A DNA stretch of 64,000 bases from Clostridiales bacterium (lineage in GTDB: Bacteria > Bacillota > Clostridia > Clostridiales > Clostridiaceae): contig JAAYOT010000160.1 in NCBI GenBank assembly GCA_012520205.1, positions 14,213 to 78,212 of the forward strand. Reading direction: 5' to 3'. This document shows, one piece after another, positions 9,090 through 19,592 of the stretch. Below the pieces are notes generated by a model. It was not told the origin of the DNA. It worked only from the letters and a program-made list of their open reading frames with translations, and searched no databases. Within the stretch, counting starts at the first letter, position 1. Each line of letters starts with the position of its first letter. The translations under genes were made by a program, and so were the position numbers.

Positions 9090-10751
9090 ATGAAATATCA
9101 TAAAATAAATGGCCATGATTTTTATAATATGATTGTTCATGCCAGCAATAAATTATTAGAGGAATGTGAATATGTAAATTCCTTAAATGTTTTCCCTGTT
9201 CCAGATGGAGATACAGGTACTAATATGTCTGCAACTTTTAAAGCAGCAGCAAAAGAAATAGAAGGCTTAAATTCTAAATCAATTGGTGAAACTTCTAAGA
9301 AACTTGCTAAAGGTGCCTTAATGGGAGCAAGGGGTAATTCTGGAGTAATACTTTCACAAATCTTAAGGGGTATTTCAAAGGGGCTTGCAGATAAAGATGA
9401 GGTAGATTCAGTAGAATTAGCAATTGCTTTAAAGGAAGGTAGTAACTCTGCTTATAAAGCAGTTATGAGACCAACAGAAGGAACAATTTTATCTGTTGTT
9501 AGAGCAGCTGCAGATGGGGCAATTGATAGTGATGAAAAAGATATAGTAGATTTAATGGGAGTTGTAGTTGATGAAGCTAAGAAAATGCTAGATAAAACTC
9601 CTGAATTATTACCAGCATTAAAGAAAGCAAATGTAGTTGATTCTGGTGGAATGGGATTATATATAATCTTTAAAGCAATGTATGAAGCATTAAGAGATGA
9701 TATAAAAACTGAACTTAAAGATGTTAAGCCTGCAAGTGCTAAAGCTGCTGGAGCATCAGGAACAGAAGATATAGATATTAAATTTGGATACTGTACAGAA
9801 TTCATTATTATGGCAGATGCAGAAAAAGCCAATAAATTTAGGGAGGAAATAACACCTCTAGGAGATTCAGAAATAGTTGTTGGATATGAAGATGTAATAA
9901 AGGTTCATATTCATACAAATGATCCAGGTTTAGTATTATCAAAAGCTGTAAAACTTGGAGAACTATCAAAAATTAAGATAGATAATATGAGAGAAGAACA
10001 TAGAGAAGTACTTCTAAGCAAAGAAGAGTATAAAAATGCTAATGCAGATGAAGGAAAGGTTTTCGAAGAAGAGTTAGTATTAGATGCAGAAAAGAAAAAA
10101 TATGCTTTTATATCAGTAGCAATGGGTGAAGGTATTAGTAACATATTCAAGGATTTAGGTACAGACTACGTTATTGAAGGTGGTCAAACAATGAATCCAT
10201 CTACTCAAGATATTTTAGATGCTATTTCTAAATTAAATGCGGAGCATATTTTTGTACTGCCAAATAACAAAAATATTATAATGTCTGCAAATCAAGCGGC
10301 AGAAATATCAGAGAAAGATATAAAAGTAATTCCAACTACAACAATACCTCAAGGTATAACATGCTTAACAATGTTTAATCCTGAAGCAGAAGTAGAAGAA
10401 AATGTAGAAAATTTAAATGAAGCAATTGAAATGGTTAAAACAGGATCCATTACTTATGCAGTAAGAGATACAGAAGTAGACGGAATAAAGATTGAAGAAG
10501 GAAATATTTTAGGACTTATAGAAGGCAAAATAAAGAAGGTAGGAACTTCTTATTGTGATGTAGCAGAGGAAGTGCTTTCTGAAATGATTGATGAAGATAG
10601 TGAGCTTATAACAATATTCTATGGTTCAGATGTTTCAGAAGAAGAAGCAGAAAACTTTGCTGAGAAATTAGAAGAAAAATATGAAGATTTAGATGTACAA
10701 TGTTATAGAGGAGCACAACCTCTTTACTATTTCTTAATGTCAGTAGAATAA
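9090..10751 (+). CDS. DAK2-domain protein (YloV/FakA-like fatty-acid kinase subunit)
   Basis: 553 aa with an N-terminal Dak2 motif (PDGDTGTNM ... GNSGVILSQ) and a C-terminal DegV-like half. It sits between asp23 and recG, as yloV/fakA does. Confidence 0.88.
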   Translation: MKYHKINGHDFYNMIVHASNKLLEECEYVNSLNVFPVPDGDTGTNMSATFKAAAKEIEGLNSKSIGETSKKLAKGALMGARGNSGVILSQILRGISKGLADKDEVDSVELAIALKEGSNSAYKAVMRPTEGTILSVVRAAADGAIDSDEKDIVDLMGVVVDEAKKMLDKTPELLPALKKANVVDSGGMGLYIIFKAMYEALRDDIKTELKDVKPASAKAAGASGTEDIDIKFGYCTEFIIMADAEKANKFREEITPLGDSEIVVGYEDVIKVHIHTNDPGLVLSKAVKLGELSKIKIDNMREEHREVLLSKEEYKNANADEGKVFEEELVLDAEKKKYAFISVAMGEGISNIFKDLGTDYVIEGGQTMNPSTQDILDAISKLNAEHIFVLPNNKNIIMSANQAAEISEKDIKVIPTTTIPQGITCLTMFNPEAEVEENVENLNEAIEMVKTGSITYAVRDTEVDGIKIEEGNILGLIEGKIKKVGTSYCDVAEEVLSEMIDEDSELITIFYGSDVSEEEAENFAEKLEEKYEDLDVQCYRGAQPLYYFLMSVE

Positions 10752-10846
10752 TAGAAACAAGCACAAGTTACTAATTTATTTACATAAGTTATAGCTTGTG
10801 CTTTATTTAATAGGATCTTAAGTCACTAATAATTAGAGGTGAATAA

Positions 10847-12877
10847 ATGAATATATCAATGGAGATTTCTACCCTAAAGGGGGTAGGCCCAAAACTTACT
10901 GAAAAACTTAATAAATGTGGTATATTTACAATTTATGATTTACTTTTGTATTTTCCAAGGGATTATGAGTACATAAAGTCAGATTGTGATCTTGAAGAAA
11001 TTGACGAAAATGAAAAACACATATTATCTTGTAGAGTAATTGGGTATGATAGAGATATTAGGACAAAAAGTGGGAAAACTATATCTACAATAAAGTTTGC
11101 TTATAAAAATCATATTGTTGTAGCAAAATGGTTTAATCAATTTTACATAAAGAATAATTATAAGCTTAATGAAACTTATGATTTAGTAGGAAAGTTTAAG
11201 AAAAGGGGAAATAATTTAGAGGTAATAAATCCCTTAGCAGGCTGCAGGGATGCTAAAGAAAGTGAAATTATTCCTAAATATTCTTTAAAGGGTGATATGT
11301 CAGAAAAGATTATCCCTAAACTAATAAACCAGGTATTAGATAAAACTGTTATAAATGATAATCTTCCAGAAAGAATTTTGTCTAAGTATAAGTTAATGGA
11401 TCTAGATTCTGCAATTAGGGAAATACATTTCCCTAAAGGGAAGGGTAAACTACAAAATGCTATAGATAGGTTAAAATTTCAGGAACTATTTACATATTCA
11501 ATGAAACTCCTTATGCTAAAAAGTAAGATAAAAAAAAGAGATGGGATATCCTTCTTCTGGCATAAGGAATTAACTGATTTAAAGGAAAGCTTGCCCTATA
11601 ATTTAACAAATGCTCAAACAAGGGTAGTTAGGGATATTTTAAGAGACCAAAAAAGCCCATATCCAATGAATAGGCTGGTTCAGGGTGATGTAGGAAGTGG
11701 TAAAACAATTGTTGCCTTAATTGCAATGTTTAATGTAGTTAAAAATGGCTATCAGGCTAGTTTAATGGTTCCCACAGAAATACTAGCAAATCAACACTAT
11801 GATGAAGCTGTAAAGTTATTAAAGCCCTTTAATATTGATATTGAGCTTTTAACAGGCAGTACTAGCAAAAAGGAAAAGCTAAGAATAAAACAAAGGCTGC
11901 AAGTTGGGGATAATATTATAGTAATAGGGACCCATGCCTTAATTCAAGAAGATGTGGAATTTAAAAACCTAGGATTAGCTATTACAGATGAACAGCATAG
12001 ATTTGGGGTTGAACAAAGAAATAAACTTATAAATAAAGGGAAAAGGCCTGATGTTTTAGTTATGAGTGCCACTCCTATTCCTAGAACCTTAGCCTTATGT
12101 ATGTATTCAGATTTAGATGTTTCTATTATTGATGAATTACCCCCAGGTAGAAAGAAGATAAATACAAAGTTTTATAAAGAAGAAGATAGAGGGGCTGCCT
12201 ATAATTTTGCAAGAGAAGAAATTAATAAAGGAAGACAGGTTTACATAGTTTGCCCCCTAATTGAAGAAGATGAAAAACTAGAACTTAATTCAGTAGAAAA
12301 ACTTTACCATGAATTAAAATCAAATGTCTTTAAAGATATTACTGTTCAAATTTTACATGGAAAAATGAAGGCAAAGGAAAAGGATGAAATTATAAATTCC
12401 TTTAAGTTAAATGAAACTAAGGTCTTAATATCTACAACAGTTATTGAAGTAGGTGTAAATGTACCTAATGCTTCCCTTATGATTATAGAAAACTCTGAAA
12501 GGTTTGGATTGGCCCAATTACACCAATTAAGGGGAAGGGTAGGAAGAGGAAGCTATGAGTCCTATTGTATATTAATTGGGAGGGCAAAAAATAGTAAGAC
12601 CCAAAAAAGAATGCAGATAATGACTGAATCCACGGATGGTTTCTATATCTCTGAGCAGGACTTAAAAATAAGAGGTGCTGGGGAAATGTTTGGTTTAAGG
12701 CAAAGCGGTGATTTAGGATTGATTCTTGCAGATATCTATGAGGATATAGATATCTTAAAATGTGCTAGATTTGAGGCGAATAATTTAATAAAATCAGAAG
12801 AAAGAGAAGATGTAAACTTATGCAAGAATATATCGAAATCAATTGAAAGATATAGTCGATATATTTGTTTTAATTAA
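10847..12877 (+). CDS. recG: ATP-dependent DNA helicase RecG
   Basis: 676 aa with a wedge domain and SF2 helicase motifs (GDVGSGKT, DEQHRFG, SATPIPRT, LHQLRGRVGRG). Confidence 0.95.
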   Translation: MNISMEISTLKGVGPKLTEKLNKCGIFTIYDLLLYFPRDYEYIKSDCDLEEIDENEKHILSCRVIGYDRDIRTKSGKTISTIKFAYKNHIVVAKWFNQFYIKNNYKLNETYDLVGKFKKRGNNLEVINPLAGCRDAKESEIIPKYSLKGDMSEKIIPKLINQVLDKTVINDNLPERILSKYKLMDLDSAIREIHFPKGKGKLQNAIDRLKFQELFTYSMKLLMLKSKIKKRDGISFFWHKELTDLKESLPYNLTNAQTRVVRDILRDQKSPYPMNRLVQGDVGSGKTIVALIAMFNVVKNGYQASLMVPTEILANQHYDEAVKLLKPFNIDIELLTGSTSKKEKLRIKQRLQVGDNIIVIGTHALIQEDVEFKNLGLAITDEQHRFGVEQRNKLINKGKRPDVLVMSATPIPRTLALCMYSDLDVSIIDELPPGRKKINTKFYKEEDRGAAYNFAREEINKGRQVYIVCPLIEEDEKLELNSVEKLYHELKSNVFKDITVQILHGKMKAKEKDEIINSFKLNETKVLISTTVIEVGVNVPNASLMIIENSERFGLAQLHQLRGRVGRGSYESYCILIGRAKNSKTQKRMQIMTESTDGFYISEQDLKIRGAGEMFGLRQSGDLGLILADIYEDIDILKCARFEANNLIKSEEREDVNLCKNISKSIERYSRYICFN

Positions 12878-12882
12878 AAAAA

Positions 12883-12911
12883 TTGTATATAATTGTTTAT
12901 TGTGGTAAAAT
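12883..12911 (+). promoter_or_regulatory. candidate sigma-A promoter for rsmD-coaD
   Basis: TTGTAT - 17 nt - TAAAAT with a TGn extension (TGGTAAAAT). Confidence 0.4.
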
Positions 12912-12938
12912 CAAAATGTAATACTAGGAGGAAAGCAA

Positions 12939-13493
12939 ATGAGAATAATAGCAGGTAAAGCAAGAGGAAAAAAATTACTTTCTCCTGAAACTTTAGAAAC
13001 TAGACCAACTTTAGATAGGGTTAAGGAAGCTATGTTTAGCATGATTCAAGGCTATATACCGGATGCATTAGTAGTTGATGTTTTTGCAGGAACTGGCAGC
13101 CTTGGATTAGAAGCTGCAAGCAGAGGGGCTAAGGAAGTGTATTTGGTTGATAAGAGCAGCACAACTTTTCCTATCCTTAAAAAAAATATAGAAAGCTTAA
13201 AGTTTCAAGACTTTTGTACAGCCTTAAATATGGATGCCTATGAGGCCCTTAGGAAATTAAATAAGTTAGGTAAGGTATTTAATATCATATTTATTGATCC
13301 TCCTTATTGTAAGGAAATGATTCCTGAGGCAATGAAAATAATAGAAGAAAACAATATGTTAGATGAAGATGGAATAATAGTTACTAAAATAGATTCTATA
13401 GAAGAAATATATGAAGGATATAATAAAATAAAATTATTAAAAAGCAGAAAATACGGAAATACAACAGTGTGTTTGTATAAATATGAAGGGTAA
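12939..13493 (+). CDS. rsmD: 16S rRNA (guanine966-N2)-methyltransferase
   Basis: 184 aa with [24 protein letters not shown] and the DPPY motif. It is followed by coaD as in Bacillus (ylbH-coaD). Confidence 0.92.
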   Translation: MRIIAGKARGKKLLSPETLETRPTLDRVKEAMFSMIQGYIPDALVVDVFAGTGSLGLEAASRGAKEVYLVDKSSTTFPILKKNIESLKFQDFCTALNMDAYEALRKLNKLGKVFNIIFIDPPYCKEMIPEAMKIIEENNMLDEDGIIVTKIDSIEEIYEGYNKIKLLKSRKYGNTTVCLYKYEG

Positions 13494-13507
13494 TCAAGGA
13501 GAAAGAA

Positions 13508-13981
13508 ATGAACATAGCAGTTTATCCAGGAAGTTTTGATCCAATAACAAATGGACATCTAGATATAATAACAAGAGCAGCTAAAATTTATGATAAACTT
13601 ATTGTAGCAGTTCTAATAAATGTAGATAAAAAGTGTTTATTTACTATTCAAGAAAGAGTCAACCTAATTAAAAAAGTTACAAAGGATTTAAAAAATGTTG
13701 AAGTTTTAAGTTTTGACGGACTTTTGGTGGACTTTGCAAAGATGAATAATTCTAAGGTTATTTTAAAGGGATTAAGAACAGTAGCAGATTTTGAATATGA
13801 ATTCCAAATGTCCCTTATGAATTCCAAACTTAATCCAGATATAGAAACTGTATTTATGATGACTTCATCTGCCTATTCCTATGTAAGTTCATCATCTGTA
13901 AAGCAGGTTGCTAAATTTGGTGGAAGTATTGAAGGACTTGTTCCAGATAAATTAATTGATGAAATTAGAAGTAAATTTTAA
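13508..13981 (+). CDS. coaD: phosphopantetheine adenylyltransferase
   Basis: 157 aa with [16 protein letters not shown] (the T/HxGH motif). Confidence 0.95.
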   Translation: MNIAVYPGSFDPITNGHLDIITRAAKIYDKLIVAVLINVDKKCLFTIQERVNLIKKVTKDLKNVEVLSFDGLLVDFAKMNNSKVILKGLRTVADFEYEFQMSLMNSKLNPDIETVFMMTSSAYSYVSSSSVKQVAKFGGSIEGLVPDKLIDEIRSKF

Positions 13982-14006
13982 AGGAGATATATCGAGGGGG
14001 AAAAAT

Positions 14007-14543
14007 ATGGATAGAATAGAGGATAATATAATTGAACTTTTAGAGTACTTGGAAGAACTAATAGAAACCTCACCTAAAGTACCTATAACAGGCAAAACAA
14101 TAATAGATAAAAAAGAATTCTTAGAAGTAATTGACCAAATAGTTAATACCCTTCCAGATCAATTAAAAAAAGCAGAATGGGTAATGAGTGAAAAAGATAG
14201 AATATTAAAAGATGCCCAAAAAGAATATGATAGTATAAGAAAAGAAACCTTAGAAATAATGAAGAAAAATGTTGAAAATCATGATATAGTTAAGGAAGCT
14301 AAAGCAAGAGCTAACGAAATAATTGCCCTAGCTCAAAGAGATGCTAAGGCAATTAGATTAGGTTCTAGAGAATATTCAACAGAAATATTATCTCAAATAG
14401 ATAAAGAAATAGAAGAAAAAAGAGCTATGCTAATTAAGGGTATGCAAGAAGCCTTTGAAACTGCAGCCAAAGAAATAGATAAAAACTTAAGTAATACTGG
14501 TTCAAAAATTAAAGAAAATATTTCTGAGTTAAGGGAAATGTAA
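14007..14543 (+). CDS. conserved hypothetical coiled-coil protein (ATPase-subunit-b/H-like heptad sequence)
   Basis: ATG 14007 follows GAGGGGG. The 178-aa product is K/E-rich, predicted helical, and has no catalytic motifs. The ORF-track start 13956 would overlap the coaD 3' end. Confidence 0.7.
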   Translation: MDRIEDNIIELLEYLEELIETSPKVPITGKTIIDKKEFLEVIDQIVNTLPDQLKKAEWVMSEKDRILKDAQKEYDSIRKETLEIMKKNVENHDIVKEAKARANEIIALAQRDAKAIRLGSREYSTEILSQIDKEIEEKRAMLIKGMQEAFETAAKEIDKNLSNTGSKIKENISELREM

Positions 14544-15713
14544 CTTCTTGCTTTTCTTATAAGCTATTTGACATACTAATATTATTATCATTGAAGTAAA
14601 TATAAGGCCGTAGAGTTTATAAATTTTCAGCAGTATTTGACCTTTTGAATAATACATAGCAGAGGTATTAATTGAATTTAAAAATATTGTGGCACATATA
14701 AAAGTAATAACAAAACTTATTAATCCCTGTAGAAACTTATAAAAGATATATTTTTTTATGTTAGGATTACAATGGCTTGTTATGGAGGACACTTGTCCAA
14801 TTACAGAAAAGCCTGAAAAAGATAAAATTGCACTTATCATGCTTAGTTTTAATATAATAGAGATTTCAGAATCTGCAATTAATTTAGCACCATTAGTAAA
14901 TTCCATTGTTCCTAAAAATAAATTATATAAAAAACCAGGGGATAAATTTAATAAATTTTCAATAAAACTAAAAGCAGTACTTATTAGGGTATTGCTTTTT
15001 ATTATATTAATAATTACAGAAAAAATAACAACAAAGGATCCAACATTAATAGTAGTAGCTACAGCATTTTCTACAGCATTTTTAAGATTGCTTCCAAAGC
15101 TATTGTTTGAAAAAGCATTTTTAACCTTACGGTTCTTAAAAGAAGTAGACTTTCTCCTTGTTAATAAACCAATTACTATTATAGATAGGTAGTTTGCAAT
15201 TAATAATAGGTATCCAAATTTAATATTATTTAATATAGCAATAGCTATAGAACCTAATATAAATATGGGACCAGCATTGGAGGCGATATTCAATAACCTT
15301 TCATATTCACTTCTATCTATGTAGTTAAGCTCATAAATTTCTGATGCATATTTTGCCCCAAGAGGATATCCACAAATAAAGCTGGCAGCCAGGGGAAAGG
15401 AACAATTTTTTGAAAGTTTTAATGGCTTGCATATAAGGGGACCTAGTAGTTTAGAATATAGCTCTATGCCATCATAATAAATTAATAAATTACATATTAC
15501 CGAAAAAGGAAATATAGTAGGAAGTATTGCAGCAATTACTAATTTAACACCTTCTACCGCAGATTTAATATTTGAATCTAAATTCATAACAAATAATATT
15601 ATAAAAAGGGTAATAAAAATAGAAATTATATAATTCTTCTTTACATTTAATAACTTTAGTAATAATAAAACAAGGAAAAAAATAAAAAGACAGAGAATAT
15701 AAATACTAAACAT
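14529..15713 (-). CDS. ylbJ: sporulation integral membrane protein YlbJ (nucleoside-recognition/Gate-domain protein)
   Basis: 394 aa and polytopic, with two Gate-like halves. It is adjacent to coaD and ylbM as in B. subtilis. Confidence 0.85.
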   Translation of the reverse strand: MFSIYILCLFIFFLVLLLLKLLNVKKNYIISIFITLFIILFVMNLDSNIKSAVEGVKLVIAAILPTIFPFSVICNLLIYYDGIELYSKLLGPLICKPLKLSKNCSFPLAASFICGYPLGAKYASEIYELNYIDRSEYERLLNIASNAGPIFILGSIAIAILNNIKFGYLLLIANYLSIIVIGLLTRRKSTSFKNRKVKNAFSNNSFGSNLKNAVENAVATTINVGSFVVIFSVIINIIKSNTLISTAFSFIENLLNLSPGFLYNLFLGTMEFTNGAKLIADSEISIILKLSMISAILSFSGFSVIGQVSSITSHCNPNIKKYIFYKFLQGLISFVITFICATIFLNSINTSAMYYSKGQILLKIYKLYGLIFTSMIIILVCQIAYKKSKKLHFP

Positions 15714-15759
15714 AAAACAACCTCCTATATAGTATTTATATGCGCATGTCTTTTTTATA

Positions 15760-16965
15760 TTAATCTTTTATAATAGGATAATTTAAATAATCGCTTAAAG
15801 GATTTACAGAATTATTTAAAATTGAGTAAGCCTTAGTTGCGTTAATATCTAGATTTAAAAGAGGATTATTATTTCCTTTAGAAATCTTAGTAATAATAGG
15901 AACTTGAGATTTCTTTTTCATTTCTTTAAGAATCTTTCTGCCCCTATCATTAAAGGCAAGAACTCTAGCATAAAGATTTTTCTTATCTAATAGCTCCTTA
16001 TAATTGTATGTATCAAAAGAAAGAAAAATTTGGGTCAATAGCCTTGAGATTTTAGTATAGGTGTACCTTTTGCTCTTAATATTTAAAATAAATTCATCAA
16101 AAGAATTACTTGAATATATTTCCTTTAAAATTTTATTATCTAACCCTTCCTTAATTTCCTGTAAATTATTAAAATCAATATTATTGCTAAGTATTCTATA
16201 TTTAATATATTTGTACATATCTTCTTCAAATACTAACTTATAATTTTTGTTATTTAATTTTTTTAGATAGTTAACAGTGTTGCTAGGAAGATAGTTAGCT
16301 AAAGTATCTAAATTTAAATTTTCCTTTAGGAATTCTCTTATACTTGTTGCAGAGGCAAAGGAAGAGTTTAGATTCTTATCATTATAATTTGATCCTTCTC
16401 TTTTTAAAGTTAATGGAATAATATTGCTTTCAAGTTTAATTAAAGCTTTTATATATTCAATTCCTAATATATTATTAGAACTTTTTAATATATCTGTTAG
16501 AGAATCATCTTTGATAATTTTATTAAGAGATATTTCCCTTGCCTTTGCATAGGTTAGGCCAAGATCTAAATTACTTTTAATCTCCCTCCTAAAATCATCA
16601 GGTTCATTTGTTAAAAAGTTGGCAATATATTTTAATTTTTCTATATCTCCACATTCACTTCCAAAAAAAATATTATTAACTACGCCAATGGAGTTAAGTA
16701 TGGAAATAGAGCCTTCAGCAAAGAATTCAGCTGAAGATATGGAATAAAAGCAAGGTAATTCTAAAACTAAATCTACCCCATTTAAAACAGCAATTTCAGC
16801 CCTTTTATATTTATCTATAATTGCTGGACCACCTCTTTGAACAAAATTACCACTCATAATACAAACAATACCATCACAATTAGTAGTTTTAATTGCATTA
16901 TTTAAATGATATAAATGTCCCTTATGAAAAGGATTATATTCAGTTATTATTCCAGTAATATTCAT
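15760..16965 (-). CDS. tmcAL: tRNA(Met) cytidine acetate ligase (YlbM/UPF0348 nucleotidyltransferase)
   Basis: 401 aa with N-terminal GIITEYNPFHKGHLYHL (HxGH nucleotidyltransferase motif). Length and context match ylbM. Confidence 0.88.
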   Translation of the reverse strand: MNITGIITEYNPFHKGHLYHLNNAIKTTNCDGIVCIMSGNFVQRGGPAIIDKYKRAEIAVLNGVDLVLELPCFYSISSAEFFAEGSISILNSIGVVNNIFFGSECGDIEKLKYIANFLTNEPDDFRREIKSNLDLGLTYAKAREISLNKIIKDDSLTDILKSSNNILGIEYIKALIKLESNIIPLTLKREGSNYNDKNLNSSFASATSIREFLKENLNLDTLANYLPSNTVNYLKKLNNKNYKLVFEEDMYKYIKYRILSNNIDFNNLQEIKEGLDNKILKEIYSSNSFDEFILNIKSKRYTYTKISRLLTQIFLSFDTYNYKELLDKKNLYARVLAFNDRGRKILKEMKKKSQVPIITKISKGNNNPLLNLDINATKAYSILNNSVNPLSDYLNYPIIKD

Positions 16966-17054
16966 AATTTACCTCCTTTTAGGGAATTATAGATATTATA
17001 GCATAAAATTTATTATAAAAGAGAAAATATAAAAACAGATAGTATAAAAATTAA

Positions 17055-17069
17055 CGTTTTCTGAAAATT
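17055..17069. promoter_or_regulatory. CodY-box-like operator in the tmcAL / pta-ackA divergent region
   Basis: CGTTTTCTGAAAATT matches the CodY consensus AATTTTCWGAAAATT at 13 of 15 positions. Confidence 0.5.
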
Positions 17070-17106
17070 GGGAATATAAAGAAATAAAGATTTAGCTAAC
17101 TTTAGG

Positions 17107-17136
17107 TTGAAAAGTATAGTCCGAAAGGAGTATATT
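17107..17136 (+). promoter_or_regulatory. candidate sigma-A promoter for pta-ackA
   Basis: TTGAAA - 18 nt - TATATT, about 45 nt upstream of the pta ATG. Confidence 0.4.
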
Positions 17137-17181
17137 AGTATGTGAGGGAAAGTTCGTATCTTTTTGAAAGGAGTTTTTATT

Positions 17182-18183
17182 ATGGAACTTATGAAAAAAT
17201 TATGGCAATCAGCTAAGGCTGATAAAAAAAGAATTGTTCTTCCAGAAGGGGATGAGGAAAGAACACTAAAAGCAGCAGAAAAAATAAAGGAATTAGGATT
17301 AGCTTATCCAGTATTAGTTGGAAATATTGATGAAATAAAAGGAAAAGCAGAAAATTTAGGTGTTAATGTAGAAGGAATTGAAATAATAGATCCTAATAAT
17401 TCAGAAAAATTAGAAGCATATGTTAACGAATTCTATGAATTAAGAAAAAACAAAGGAATAACTTTAGAAAAAGCAGATCAAATCGTAAGAGATCCATTAT
17501 ACTTCGGAACTATGATGGTTAAATTAGACGATGCAGATGGAATGGTTTCAGGAGCAGTTCATACTACTGGTGATTTATTAAGACCAGGCTTACAAATTGT
17601 TAAAACAGCACCTGGAGTTTCAGTAGTTTCAAGTTTCTTCGTAATGATGGTACCGAATTCATCTTATGGGGAAGAAGGTATGTTATTATTCTCAGACTGT
17701 GCTGTAAACCCAAATCCTACAGCAGAACAATTAGCTGCTATTGCTATATCAACAGCGGATACAGCAAAAAACCTTTGTGGTATTGAGCCTAGAGTAGCAA
17801 TGTTATCCTTCTCAACAATGGGAAGCGCTGGTGGAGAATTAGTTGAAAAAGTAAGAAAAGCAACAGAAATTGCTAAGGAATTAAGACCAGACCTATTAAT
17901 TGATGGAGAATTACAATTAGATGCAGCTATAGTTGAAAGTGTAGCAGCTCAAAAGGCTCCAAATAGCAAAGTTGCAGGTAAGGCTAATGTTCTTATTTTC
18001 CCAGACTTACAAAGCGGAAATATAGGATATAAATTAGTACAAAGATTTGCAAATGCTGATGCAATAGGACCAATGTGTCAAGGTTTTGCTAAACCAATAA
18101 ATGATTTATCAAGAGGATGTAGTGCTGATGATATAGTCAATGTTGTTGCATTAACAGCTGTTCAAGCACAATCAATAAAATAA
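17182..18183 (+). CDS. pta: phosphate acetyltransferase
   Basis: ATG 17182 follows AAAGGAG. The 333-aa short-form Pta reads (MELMKKLWQSAKADKKRIVLPEGDEERTL...). It is followed by ackA. Confidence 0.95.
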   Translation: MELMKKLWQSAKADKKRIVLPEGDEERTLKAAEKIKELGLAYPVLVGNIDEIKGKAENLGVNVEGIEIIDPNNSEKLEAYVNEFYELRKNKGITLEKADQIVRDPLYFGTMMVKLDDADGMVSGAVHTTGDLLRPGLQIVKTAPGVSVVSSFFVMMVPNSSYGEEGMLLFSDCAVNPNPTAEQLAAIAISTADTAKNLCGIEPRVAMLSFSTMGSAGGELVEKVRKATEIAKELRPDLLIDGELQLDAAIVESVAAQKAPNSKVAGKANVLIFPDLQSGNIGYKLVQRFANADAIGPMCQGFAKPINDLSRGCSADDIVNVVALTAVQAQSIK

Positions 18184-18204
18184 TAAACTTTTGGGGGATT
18201 TTAT

Positions 18205-19404
18205 ATGAAAGTATTAGTTATTAATTGTGGTAGTTCATCACTAAAATATCAATTAATTGATATGAATACTGAAGAGTCAATAGCTCAAGGATTAGTTGAA
18301 AGAATAGGAATTGAAGGATCTGTATTAACTCAAAAGGTTGAAGGTAGAGATAAATACATAGTAAAACAACCAATGGAAGATCATAAAATTGCAATTCAAT
18401 TAGTTTTAGGTGCATTAGTAGATAAAGAAAATGGCGTAATATCATCAATGGACGAAATATCAGCAGTTGGTCATAGAGTAGTTCATGGTGGAGAAAAGTT
18501 TAAGTCATCTGTTCTTATAAATGAAGAAGTTAAGGATTATATAAGAGGATGCTTTAAATTAGCTCCATTACACAACCCTGCAAATATGATTGGTATTGAA
18601 GCTTGTGAAGAGCTTATGCCAAATACACCAATGGTAGCAGTTTTTGATAATGCTTTCCATTCAACAATGCCAGAAAAAGCATATCTTTATGCATTACCAT
18701 ATGAATTATATACAAAACATGGAATAAGAAAATATGGTTTCCATGGAACTTCTCATAAATATGTTTCTCAAACAGCAGCTGAAGTTATGGGAAAAGATAT
18801 TAAAGATTTAAAAATTATTACTTGCCACTTAGGAAATGGTGCAAGTGTAACAGCTGTTAAGGGAGGAGTTTCTATTGATACATCAATGGGATTCACACCT
18901 CTTGAAGGAGTAGCTATGGGAACAAGATGCGGTAATATCGACCCAGCTATAATACCTTTCTTAATGAAGGAAGAAGGACTATCTATTGATGAAGTAGATA
19001 ACCTATTAAACAAAAAATCAGGAGTTTTAGGTATATCAGGAATCAGCTCAGACTTCAGAGATATTGAAGATGCTGCATTTAAAGAAGGGGTTCATAGAGC
19101 TCAACTTGCCCTAGATATATTTGAATATAAAGTAAAATCAACTATTGGTGCTTATGCGGCTATTATGGGTGGCGTTGATGCAATAGTATTTACTGCTGGA
19201 GTTGGAGAAAATGGTCCAGAAACAAGAGAAGGAATCTTAAAAGGATTAGAATTCCTAGGAGTTGAAGTAGACCCAGAAAGAAATAATGTTAGAGGAAAAG
19301 TAAGAGAAATTTCAAAAGAAGGTTCAAAGGTGAAAGCTTTTGTTATTCCTACTAACGAAGAATTAGTTATTGCAAGAGATACAGTTGAATTAATAAGCAA
19401 ATAA
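18205..19404 (+). CDS. ackA: acetate kinase
   Basis: 399 aa with [17 protein letters not shown] and HRVVHGG motifs. Confidence 0.96.
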   Translation: MKVLVINCGSSSLKYQLIDMNTEESIAQGLVERIGIEGSVLTQKVEGRDKYIVKQPMEDHKIAIQLVLGALVDKENGVISSMDEISAVGHRVVHGGEKFKSSVLINEEVKDYIRGCFKLAPLHNPANMIGIEACEELMPNTPMVAVFDNAFHSTMPEKAYLYALPYELYTKHGIRKYGFHGTSHKYVSQTAAEVMGKDIKDLKIITCHLGNGASVTAVKGGVSIDTSMGFTPLEGVAMGTRCGNIDPAIIPFLMKEEGLSIDEVDNLLNKKSGVLGISGISSDFRDIEDAAFKEGVHRAQLALDIFEYKVKSTIGAYAAIMGGVDAIVFTAGVGENGPETREGILKGLEFLGVEVDPERNNVRGKVREISKEGSKVKAFVIPTNEELVIARDTVELISK

Positions 19405-19451
19405 TTATTAAAGTGCATTATTATTAGTTTAAGCAATTTATAACAAATAGC

Positions 19452-19480
19452 TTGACTTTTAATCATGCACTTTATATAAT
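19452..19480 (+). promoter_or_regulatory. candidate sigma-A promoter for the yceD-rpmF(-plsX) operon
   Basis: TTGACT - 17 nt - TATAAT, a near-consensus match. Confidence 0.6.
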
Positions 19481-19592
19481 AAATTGTGTTTATTCAGCAA
19501 ATTTTTATCTAAGGAGTGAAAAAGCTCAAATTTAGCTTATGTTTTAATGATAGGTTGAACCATAAATAAGACAGAATTTGGAGCAAATACAT

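Noticed and set aside
17048-17062. Possible CcpA cre site overlapping the CodY box upstream of pta.
   Set aside because: Only the central CG and the right half fit the cre consensus (WTGNAANCGNWNNCW). The left half has three mismatches.
17140-17145. Minimal start-stop ORF (ATG-TGA), 9 nt after AAGGAG, in the pta leader.
   Set aside because: The AAGGAG and ATG overlap the best -10 candidate (TATATT 17131-17136) and the predicted transcription start, so they are probably not in the mRNA. A two-codon match is expected by chance.
19411-19474. AAAGTGCAT ... ATGCACTTT 9-bp inverted repeat after ackA, as a possible terminator.
   Set aside because: The loop is about 45 nt, the 3' arm lies inside the spacer of the strong yceD promoter candidate, and there is no clear U-tract. 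It is at best a weak terminator.
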